Part shown: piece by piece, positions 36,109-43,887 of the stretch | How the letters are laid out: the number at the start of each line of letters is the position of its first letter | How positions within the stretch are numbered: position 1 is the first letter of the stretch | NCBI GenBank assembly: GCA_018001935.1 | Contig: JAGNHB010000005.1 | Span: 59,618 to 123,617 of the forward strand | Length of the DNA stretch: 64,000 bases | Source: Acidobacteriota bacterium | Lineage (GTDB): Bacteria; Acidobacteriota; JAAYUB01 | Direction of reading: 5' to 3' | Notes under the pieces: generated by a model | The model's database searches: none | Told to the model about the DNA's origin: nothing | Seen by the model: only the letters and a program-made list of their open reading frames with translations | Program-made: the position numbers and the translations under genes

Positions 36109-37202
36109 GGCTTCCCTCCTTCCGTCAGGGTTTCATAGGCGGCTTCCAGTTCGGGGGTTGTCACGGGAACGGCCCAGCCGGAGTCCTCACCGCCCATCCG
36201 GCCGAGGGCCGCCGGCAGGGCGCAGTGGACGACCCCGTCCCGGGTCTTCTTGTCCGCGGCCAGGTGGGGGGCCAGCGCTTCGAAGGGGCAGGGCGGGCGC
36301 AACGGGAACCCCATCCCCGCGAGGAGTCGAAGCAGCCGGGCCCGGTCCGCCGGGGGGAAGGCGCAGCGGCGCCGGGCCACGGCCGACTCCACCGCCATCC
36401 CCAGGGCGACGGCCTCCCCGTGGGGTACGGCGTAGTCCGTCGCGCGCTCGAGGGCGTGGCCGACGGTGTGCCCGAAGTTGAGCACCCGGCGGAGTCCCGC
36501 CTCGCGGGTGTCGCGGGCCACCACGCCGGCCTTCACCTCCACGCAGCGCCGGATCACGGCGTCGGGGGGGATCGGGCCCCCGCTTTGAACCAGGGTTTCC
36601 AGGGCTTCGAAGAGGTCCCCGCCGGCGATCACGGCGTGCTTGGCGGCCTCGGCCAGGCCGTTGCGCAGTTCGGCCGGCGGGAGGCTCGCCAGCCAGGACG
36701 TGGCCAGCAGGACGGCCCGGGGCTGGTGGAAGGCGCCCACGAGGTTCTTGCCGTGCCGGGTGTTGACGCCCGTCTTGCCGCCCACCGAGGCGTCCACCTG
36801 GGCGAGGAGGCTCGTGGCGACGCCGACGTGGGCGACGCCGCGCAGGTAGGTGGCGGCCACGAAGCCGGCCACGTCCAGGGCGATCCCGCCCCCGAGGCCC
36901 ACCACGCAGGCCTGGCGGTCGGCCCCGGCGTCCAGGAGGGCATCCTCCAGGGCGGCCTTGGTCTCGCGCGTCTTGTGGGCTTCGCCCGGGGGGAAGGACA
37001 GCCGGAGCACCCGGGCGGCGAGGGGTTCGAGGGCGCGGACGACCGCGTCGCCGAACCGACCCAGGGTGTTCTCGTCGCCGATCACCGCCGCGGTGCGCCA
37101 CCCGCTCTCCCAGACTTCCCGGAAGAACGTGCCCGGCGGCGCCCCGACGAAGACCGGGTAGCTCGCTCCCTCGCTGGTACTGACCGTCAACGGCTGGTCC
37201 AT
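36096..37202 (-). CDS. aroB: 3-dehydroquinate synthase
   Basis: The ATG at 37202 gives MDQPLTVSTSEG. It has GLGGGIALDVAGFVAATYLRG, GGKTGVN, and HTVGHALE metal ligands. Confidence 0.9.
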   Translation of the reverse strand: MDQPLTVSTSEGASYPVFVGAPPGTFFREVWESGWRTAAVIGDENTLGRFGDAVVRALEPLAARVLRLSFPPGEAHKTRETKAALEDALLDAGADRQACVVGLGGGIALDVAGFVAATYLRGVAHVGVATSLLAQVDASVGGKTGVNTRHGKNLVGAFHQPRAVLLATSWLASLPPAELRNGLAEAAKHAVIAGGDLFEALETLVQSGGPIPPDAVIRRCVEVKAGVVARDTREAGLRRVLNFGHTVGHALERATDYAVPHGEAVALGMAVESAVARRRCAFPPADRARLLRLLAGMGFPLRPPCPFEALAPHLAADKKTRDGVVHCALPAALGRMGGEDSGWAVPVTTPELEAAYETLTEGGKPCCA

Positions 37203-37750
37203 CGCTGGCTCCGTCCGAAAAAAATCGGGCCCACCGTCCGGTGGGCCCAAGGGTTTGGCTGAATCGGTTCCCGACGCCTTACACTACGGCCCACTCGGCT
37301 CGCGCCGCCAGTGCCACCAGTGAAGGGTCGGGGTCGATATCGCGCTCATAACGCCCCCACGATAAAAGAACGCTTCCGCCGTTGTCAAGGGAAAAGTTGG
37401 GAGGGCCTGGGCCACGGGCGACACGAAGCGCAAACGCGTGGCCCAAACCGGGTGAACCGGAACAGAAACCACGAAATACACGGAATACACGAACGGGAAA
37501 AGAACCACGAACCACACGAACGAAGAATTCTGAATTCAGGAGGCAGGAGGGGGAGACAGCCGTCAGGAGGCCGTCGTCCGGAGGCAGGGGAAAGGATGAG
37601 GATGTTTGGCCGGTTGACTTTTCTCGGGGACGCCGCTTCCCTGTGCCTTCGTGCCTTCGCGAGAACGTCCGGGAGCTTTCTCCAGGAGGCGGCGTGGTCC
37701 GGTGAAGGCGAGCTTTCGTGCCCCTTGGCCGCATCCGGGGGCGATCCGTT

Positions 37751-37827
37751 TTTCTTGGCGATCTTTGCGCCTTGGCGAGATCAGGAACCGGATCGGCTCT
37801 CGCCAAGGCGCAAAGCGCGCCAAGGAA
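37751..37827. repeat. CGCAAAG/CGCCAAG-word hairpin (~30-bp stem)
   Basis: TTCTTGGCGATCTTTGCGCCTTGGCGAGA pairs, across a loop, with CTCTCGCCAAGGCGCAAAGCGCGCCAAGGAA. The pairing was read directly. Confidence 0.8.
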
Positions 37828-37847
37828 AACCGCAAAGCGCCTACAGC

Positions 37848-39752
37848 CTATTCCGATTCCGAACCCGTGGGGTCGTGGGCGGCTGGGCCGCCTTGCGGGG
37901 AACGCATCGGGAAGGGGCTGCGAGGCGGGGCGGCGGCCCGGCGGACCCTCCCGGCGAGGAGTCGGAAGGTCCACCCCAGCGTGCGGCGCAGGGTCGGGAC
38001 CATTCCCACCATGCCGAATACCTGGACGGCCGCGTCGGCGAGGTAGGCCTGGAGCCCGTGGGCGAGGCGTCGGGCGGCGCGCTTGCGCCAGGGCCGCCGG
38101 GCGTCGCCCGCCGCGGGGCGCCCCGCCCCCGACCGGGCCACCGGGCGCCAGCTCTTCGGGGCGACGAGGGCCCAGAGAAAGCGGAGCGGGTTGAAGAAGT
38201 ACGCGTACGCGGCCAGCAGGTTGAGCTGCCGGGCCCCGGGCCGGGCGTGCCGGGTGGCGATCACGTGCATCCCGCTGGTGAGGTGCGGCCCCACGGCCCG
38301 GCCCCCCGCGCCAGCGAGGACCATGCCCGACTCGTAGGTCCCTTCGTAGGACTTCGACCCCGGGGCGGGCGTCAGCACGAGGACCTGCAGGTACACCGCC
38401 CCGGCGCGCCGGAGCCGGCCCACCTGGTTGAGGACCCCGCGCCCCCCGCGGAAGGTGAACAGCGGCTGGTCGTCGTGGTGCATCAGCATGGGGACGGGGA
38501 AAATGCCGTTCTCCCGCAGCAAGCGGAAGGCCTCCACGGTCCGGCCCGGGGACTGCCCCTTGTCCACCAGGGAGCCGCTCATGTCCTCGACGCCCAGCCA
38601 GAGTGCCCAGACGCCCGCCCGGCGCACGAGGGGGAGGTGTTCCTTCATCGCGAGCACGTCATGCACGGAGGCCTCGGTACCGAAGCGGATCTTGCGGTGC
38701 GCCACGGAGCCGGACCCGACCCGGCGGGCCAGGGTCTCCACGATCTCCAGCGCCCTCCGGCGGTCGGCGAAGAAGTTGTCGTCCGTCCCGAAGATCAGCC
38801 GGATGTGGTAGGTGTCGAACAGCCGGCCGATGTCCTCCGCGATCCGCTCCCCGCTCTTGCCGCGGAGCTTCCCCTGGTTGTAGGCGGGGATGGGGCAGTA
38901 GGGGCAGTGGAACCGGCAGCCGGCGGTCAGGACCAGCGAGGCCAGGGGCGAGTGGCGTTTGACCTCCCCGGCGGGGAGGGCGGCAGGGCCGAGGGTGGGC
39001 CGGGAACCCGGGGGCTCCAGGGCCCGGTACCCCAGGGTGACGTCGGGCAGTTCGTCCAGGTCGCCCAGGAGGCGCTGCACGCCGGTGTCCACCAGTTCCC
39101 CGATCCGGCCGTGCGCGTCCGTCCGGGCGTACACCAGGCCCTGCACCCCGTCGAGGGCGCCGGCGTCCCGGGCGCGACGGAAGGCCGAACGCAGGGGCTC
39201 GCCCCCGGCGCGGAACGACAGCAGGACCTCCAGCAGTTCCAGGAGGACGTACTCCTCGCCGGTGACGGCGACGTCGGCCCCCCACGGGTCGTCGGGGTTT
39301 GCCCCGAAAACGCTCCACGGTTCGTAGATGACCCGGGGGCCCCCGGCGACGACCAGGGGCCGCTGCCCGGCCTCGATGCGGCCGGCGTCGCGGATCATCG
39401 CTTCCAGCCGTGCGGCGTGGAGCAGGGCGCCCGAGACGAGGAACAGGTCGGGGACGGCCCCGTCCAGGCGCATCATCGCGGGCCGAAACCGCGGGTTCCA
39501 CTGCCCCAGGACGATGCGTGTGCGCTCAAAGCCCGAGTCCAGCAGCGCCGCGCCGACGGCCCGGACACCCGCGGGGGCCATCTTCGTGTCGGCGTAGAGG
39601 TAGGGCAGCATCCGGCTCCGGGGGTCGAAGGCGAACGCGACCACCGACCTCAGTCCGTGCGCGGGGGCGACCCGGCGGAGCCGCTCCCGGAGCCGGGTCA
39701 TCTCCCCCGGCTTGAGCAGTTCGTCTCCGCGGTCGCGTCGGGGAAGTTCCAC
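37848..39752 (-). CDS. Radical SAM protein with N-terminal B12-binding-like domain and basic/hydrophobic C-terminal extension
   Basis: It has a CRFHCPYC (CxxxCxxC) cluster motif at about residue 290, followed by a TIM-barrel-like region (IFGTDDNF, LWLGVED). The length is 634 aa, and the start is uncertain (M1 or M18). Confidence 0.75.
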   Translation of the reverse strand: MELPRRDRGDELLKPGEMTRLRERLRRVAPAHGLRSVVAFAFDPRSRMLPYLYADTKMAPAGVRAVGAALLDSGFERTRIVLGQWNPRFRPAMMRLDGAVPDLFLVSGALLHAARLEAMIRDAGRIEAGQRPLVVAGGPRVIYEPWSVFGANPDDPWGADVAVTGEEYVLLELLEVLLSFRAGGEPLRSAFRRARDAGALDGVQGLVYARTDAHGRIGELVDTGVQRLLGDLDELPDVTLGYRALEPPGSRPTLGPAALPAGEVKRHSPLASLVLTAGCRFHCPYCPIPAYNQGKLRGKSGERIAEDIGRLFDTYHIRLIFGTDDNFFADRRRALEIVETLARRVGSGSVAHRKIRFGTEASVHDVLAMKEHLPLVRRAGVWALWLGVEDMSGSLVDKGQSPGRTVEAFRLLRENGIFPVPMLMHHDDQPLFTFRGGRGVLNQVGRLRRAGAVYLQVLVLTPAPGSKSYEGTYESGMVLAGAGGRAVGPHLTSGMHVIATRHARPGARQLNLLAAYAYFFNPLRFLWALVAPKSWRPVARSGAGRPAAGDARRPWRKRAARRLAHGLQAYLADAAVQVFGMVGMVPTLRRTLGWTFRLLAGRVRRAAAPPRSPFPMRSPQGGPAAHDPTGSESE

Positions 39753-39875
39753 GTCCTGATCCTCCCTTCAATCCTTGATGCGGTCGTAAAAAGTACCATC
39801 ATCCTCCGGGTGATGGCTCGAGCAAAAGTCTTACAGGCACTTTCCCGCTCGTTTTCCGACTTTTTGCGAACCCGT

Positions 39876-40223
39876 CAAACCGGAAAGAAACCACGGATGG
39901 ACACGGATCATCCGGACGCTCCAGAATAAAGAAACAGGCGGTCTCAATCTCTCGCCAAGACGTAAAGCCGCCAAGCCTCGCAAGGCCTGAACCGGAAAAA
40001 GGGGATCCCTTTGCGAGGCTCTGCATCCTGGCGTCTTTGCGAGAGACCTTTGACGTCGATTCCGGACCCGGATCGGCACAAGCGGGGCGTTCTAGCCTTG
40101 GGGCCTGACGGACGACGCTGCCGGGATTCCCTCCGTCCCTTCATCGGGTTTCCCTGCTCCGAAAACGGTGGGTGATCACCGACGATCTCAAATCTTGCTC
40201 ATTTTACCAAAGATCTTACTTCG
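39876..40223 (+). repeat. Two-copy ~350-nt structured non-coding element, copy A
   Basis: It aligns by eye with 54602-54959 in the same orientation. Shared blocks are ACACGGATCATCCGGACGCTCCAGAA, the long CGCAAAG-word hairpin, ACGTCGATTCCGGA, CGGACGACGCTGCCGGGATTCCCT and GATCTCAAATCTTGCTCATTTTRCCAAAGATCTTACTTCG. Confidence 0.85.
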
Positions 40224-40709
40224 AAGGGCCCGCACCATCGGCGGCCCTGCAACCGGGGAAGCGCCGGTGCTTGCCGACTGGGGCGTCACGGTGACCGCCG
40301 TCCCGATGATAGCGTGAGAACCTCCCGGGTGCAACGTCCGAGTCGGATTCAGGCCGCCGGCACCCCGGGAGAACGCGGGAGGCGATCCCGGGAGCGCCGT
40401 CGGGCGCAAACGGGGGGATCCGCCTGCAGGAGTGACGCGGCGGAATCCGTTTCCGCTTCTTTGACATGAAGGGGATCACCCGCGCGGCTTGCGGATGAGG
40501 TGAGGAGAAGACCGGTGATTTCTCCCAGTTGTTCGGTAAAAAATCCACTTTTGCTTCAGAGATGGATCGATTAGTTTTTAATCGACAAGGGGCTTCACCT
40601 GAAGCGGCCCCACCGGGACAGGCCTGGCGGTTGACGCTCTCGCCGCTCCCCGGCGGCAGCGGTTGCGCAAAGGATGGGTGCATCGGGTTCAAGGGAAGGA
40701 GGAACGCTG

Positions 40710-42833
40710 ATGAGACTTGGTAAATTCATGATCTGGTTGTGGATTTTCATTGCGGTCCCTGGCGGGGATCTTCTGGCCGGCAACAGTTTCTGGAACGGGA
40801 ACGGGCCTTGGGGGGGAGTGATCACGCACCTGGCCGTCTCGCCCGCCGCACCGGAGACAGTGTTCGCCTCGACCTCTCCGGAGGGCTTGTTTCGGAGCCA
40901 CGACGGCGGGCACTCCTGGGCCGCGGTCGATCTCGGTGATGTCAAGCCGGAGGTGACGTGCCTGGCCTTCAACCCGTTTAACCCGGCCATCGTATATGCC
41001 TCGGTTCCCGACGCCGGCCTCCTCTGGAGCACCGATTCCGGCGCCAGTTGGAGCGTTCTGGCTGACCGGTTTGCGAACATGTCCATCGAAGCCCTGGTTT
41101 TCGATCCTGTCATACCCGGCACCCTCTATCTCGGGACGTGCAGTGGGGCAATGTCGGGAATCTACCGGAGCCATGACGGCGGCATGACCTGGGATCTGAT
41201 TTCGGAAGGGTTTGCCGAGCTTCGGGTCACGTCCCTGGTGATCGATCCGGACAACCCGGCCACGCTCTACGCGGGCACCCGTTCCAACGGTGTCTTGAAG
41301 ACCCTCGACAGCGGCGCCAATTGGGTGCCGGTCAACACGAATCTGTTGTCCATGGACATCAAGACCCTGGTCATGGACAGGTCCACAACCAGAGGCTCGA
41401 CGTCCCTGCAGCCTGTTCTGTATGCGGGAACGGCCTCGGGGCTCTTCCAGACCAGCGACGGAGGCGGCCATTGGTCACCCGCCGGCGTCGGCATCCCTTT
41501 CACGGTTATCGATTCGCTGGCGGTTCCCTCCGGATCGCCCGGGATTTTCTATGCGGGGACACGCACGCTGGGTTTGTATCGGAGCACGGACGGTGGCGAT
41601 CATTGGGTTTCGGCCAATAACGGCCTCAGATCCCTGTCGATCAACGTGATCGACACAACCCATTCCGCCAGGCTCTTCGCCGGGACCGACGGGGGACTCT
41701 TCCAGTCGATGGACGAGGGCGACAACTGGAGCAGTTCCGATGCCGGCATTCCGGCCACGACGATCCTCGACCTTGCCTTCGACCCGAAATCCCCATCGAC
41801 GGTCTACGCCGCAACATGGGGGGAAGGGATATTCAAGAGCGTAGACGGGGGCGAAAGCTGGGCTCCCTCCAGCCAGGGGTTGACGGAATTCAACCTCGCC
41901 TCGGTGGTGGCTGACCCCACGAACCCGTCGTTCATCTACACGGCTTCGATTCAGGGTGTCTTCCGGAGCAATGATGCCGGGGCATCCTGGAACACCGCGA
42001 GCACCGGTTTGCCGGAGTGGGCGCTGCCTTCCTGCCTGGCCCTTGACCCGTCATCACCCGGGACTCTCTACGTGGGGGGATTCAAAGGGGTTTTTAAAAG
42101 CCTGGATGGCGGCGGGCAATGGTCTGCTGCCAGCCCGGACTGGGGTGTTGGGATTGTCGGCACGATCCTGATCGACCCCGTTGATCCATCCATCGTCTAT
42201 GCCGTCTGGAACGGCTTACTGCCCCCCTACGATCAGAGCCGGGTGTACCGGAGCCGGGATCGGGCAAACACCTGGACTTCCATGAGTGCCGGGCTGCCCC
42301 AGGAGGGCATCTTGTCTCTCGCTCTCGACCCCTCCGACCATGGCATCCTCTACGCCGGGACGAAGAATGCCCTCTGCCGGTGGAGTGGCGATGGCCCCTG
42401 GCAGAAGGTATGCGCCGACTTCCCCTCCGACGGCCTCTTGAATTCACTGCTCGTGGATCCGTCCCGTTCCAACGTGATTTACGCCGGGACCGACAAGGGC
42501 ATGTGGAAAAGCGTCGACGGAGGCTGCCGGTGGACGGTCTTTGACCGGGGTCTGAACAACCATTCGGTGGATGTGATCCGGATGGATCCCGCGAATCCGG
42601 CCCGACTCCTCGCCGGGACCTCCGGGGGAGGTGTTCTGTCCCTTACGCTGATCCCGGGGGACCTGGATGGGAACGGCTGCGTCGAAGCCGCCGATGTCAT
42701 GCTCCTGAACGCATTTCTGTCCGGCAGCACGGCCTTCCTCACCGAATTCGCCACCCAGGCGGACCTGAACATGGACGGCCGCGTCGATGCGGTGGATCTT
42801 GCACTTCAGCTGCGAGAGGTCGTCACGATTTGA
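40710..42833 (+). CDS. Secreted Asp-box (BNR) beta-propeller repeat protein with C-terminal type I dockerin
   Basis: It has a signal-like N-terminus, MRLGKFMIWLWIFIAVPG. About 12 SxDxGxxW Asp-boxes are present (SHDGGHSW, STDSGASW, TSDGGGHW, SVDGGESW and others). The C-terminus carries duplicated Ca-binding dockerin segments: GDLDGNGCVEAADVMLL and ADLNMDGRVDAVDLALQL. Confidence 0.85.
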   Translation: MRLGKFMIWLWIFIAVPGGDLLAGNSFWNGNGPWGGVITHLAVSPAAPETVFASTSPEGLFRSHDGGHSWAAVDLGDVKPEVTCLAFNPFNPAIVYASVPDAGLLWSTDSGASWSVLADRFANMSIEALVFDPVIPGTLYLGTCSGAMSGIYRSHDGGMTWDLISEGFAELRVTSLVIDPDNPATLYAGTRSNGVLKTLDSGANWVPVNTNLLSMDIKTLVMDRSTTRGSTSLQPVLYAGTASGLFQTSDGGGHWSPAGVGIPFTVIDSLAVPSGSPGIFYAGTRTLGLYRSTDGGDHWVSANNGLRSLSINVIDTTHSARLFAGTDGGLFQSMDEGDNWSSSDAGIPATTILDLAFDPKSPSTVYAATWGEGIFKSVDGGESWAPSSQGLTEFNLASVVADPTNPSFIYTASIQGVFRSNDAGASWNTASTGLPEWALPSCLALDPSSPGTLYVGGFKGVFKSLDGGGQWSAASPDWGVGIVGTILIDPVDPSIVYAVWNGLLPPYDQSRVYRSRDRANTWTSMSAGLPQEGILSLALDPSDHGILYAGTKNALCRWSGDGPWQKVCADFPSDGLLNSLLVDPSRSNVIYAGTDKGMWKSVDGGCRWTVFDRGLNNHSVDVIRMDPANPARLLAGTSGGGVLSLTLIPGDLDGNGCVEAADVMLLNAFLSGSTAFLTEFATQADLNMDGRVDAVDLALQLREVVTI

Positions 42834-43013
42834 TCGCGCGATACGGTCCGGCCGCAAGAGGGGGGAGAAAGATGGATCGGGCCGTCCAATCGTTTGAGGA
42901 ACGGAAACGGGGACGGGATGCGAACCGGGCGGCAACTGCGATTTGTCCCATGGAATCGATGATTTTTCGGCATTGTCGGCCGGAGGGAATTCTGATACCC
43001 TCTGGGTGCGGCC

Positions 43014-43043
43014 TTGACTTCAATCGCGGTGCTCGGTTAGACT
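43014..43043 (+). promoter_or_regulatory. Candidate promoter TTGACT-18 nt-TAGACT upstream of the 43070 gene
   Basis: The hexamers were read directly, ~27 nt upstream of the ATG. Confidence 0.3.
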
Positions 43044-43069
43044 GGATTCAAACAGCGGCGGCGGAAACC

Positions 43070-43666
43070 ATGCCCACCATCGACGAAATGCTCAACGACT
43101 TCGAAAAGAGGATCCGGGTCCTCAAGATCGAGTACGACGTGTTTTTCGTCGGGGGCAAGAAAACGCCGCCCCTCAACCTGCGGCAGAGCCTGGAGACCCT
43201 CATCCAGCGCATGCTGGAGGAGCAGCATTACACCTTTGCCCAGAAGTTCCGCTTCAACACCCTGGTGGCGCGTTACAACGCCTACCGGGAACTCTGGCGG
43301 AAGAAGACGGCGGAGAAGGAGGAGAAGGGCATCCTCCGGGACGAGAGGGAGCTTCAGCAGCTCATCGACCGCGGCCTGACCCAGGCCGCCGAGGCGGACA
43401 AGCCCAGCGACGAGTTCACCTTCGTGACCGACGACCCCGCCCGGCACCGGGACCAGGCCAGGGAGTTCTTCAAGTTCATCCAGGATGCCCACCTCTCCGT
43501 GAGCGGGCAACCCTTCAAGACGGACTTCGAGAAATTTTTCGACCTTCTGCAGGTGAAAACATCGGAATTGTGTGGAAAGTACAAGAGTCCCGCCGTGGAG
43601 TTCCAGGCGGTCATCGACCGGAAGGAGAACAAGGTGAAGTTCTCCGCCAAGGTGAAGAAGACGTGA
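43070..43666 (+). CDS. Conserved hypothetical helical protein (resembles N-terminal region of MXAN_5187-type proteins, from memory)
   Basis: The ATG at 43070 gives MPTIDEMLNDFEKRIRVLKIEYDVFFVGGKKTPPLNLRQ...FRFNTLVARYNAYRELW. The composition is protein-like. The upstream part of ORF 42830.. is unlikely to be coding. Confidence 0.6.
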   Translation: MPTIDEMLNDFEKRIRVLKIEYDVFFVGGKKTPPLNLRQSLETLIQRMLEEQHYTFAQKFRFNTLVARYNAYRELWRKKTAEKEEKGILRDERELQQLIDRGLTQAAEADKPSDEFTFVTDDPARHRDQAREFFKFIQDAHLSVSGQPFKTDFEKFFDLLQVKTSELCGKYKSPAVEFQAVIDRKENKVKFSAKVKKT

Positions 43667-43831
43667 TCGGAGGATCGGGAGGGGATGAAACCGTTTGACG
43701 GCTGCCGGGTTTAACCTTCGGGCGGAAGCCGCTCCCCCCCGTGGTGGGCGGAAGCGGCGGTTCAGAAACCGGCCTGCGGGTTCCCCGGGGCCCGTTCGCG
43801 GGCGCACTCCCCACCGAGTAAAAAAACGATA

Positions 43832-43858
43832 TTGCTTCGTTCGGATTTTTTGTATAAT
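43832..43858 (+). promoter_or_regulatory. Candidate promoter with extended -10 (TTGCTT-15 nt-TGTATAAT)
   Basis: TGTATAAT lies at 43851-43858, 30 nt upstream of the ATG at 43888, in a locally AT-rich stretch. Confidence 0.4.
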
Positions 43859-43887
43859 GAATTTTATCTCGTTTGCGAGGTGATCGT

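Noticed and set aside
40224-40709. Riboswitch or other ncRNA (cobalamin, SRP, RNase P, tmRNA) in the 487-nt GC-rich leader of the dockerin-propeller gene
   Set aside because: There is some GGGAAGC..CGGTG resemblance to cobalamin riboswitch elements and a GGCGGCC...GGCCGCC closing stem. However, there is no B12 box and no diagnostic motif of the other RNAs, and the downstream gene is not B12-related. It is left unassigned.
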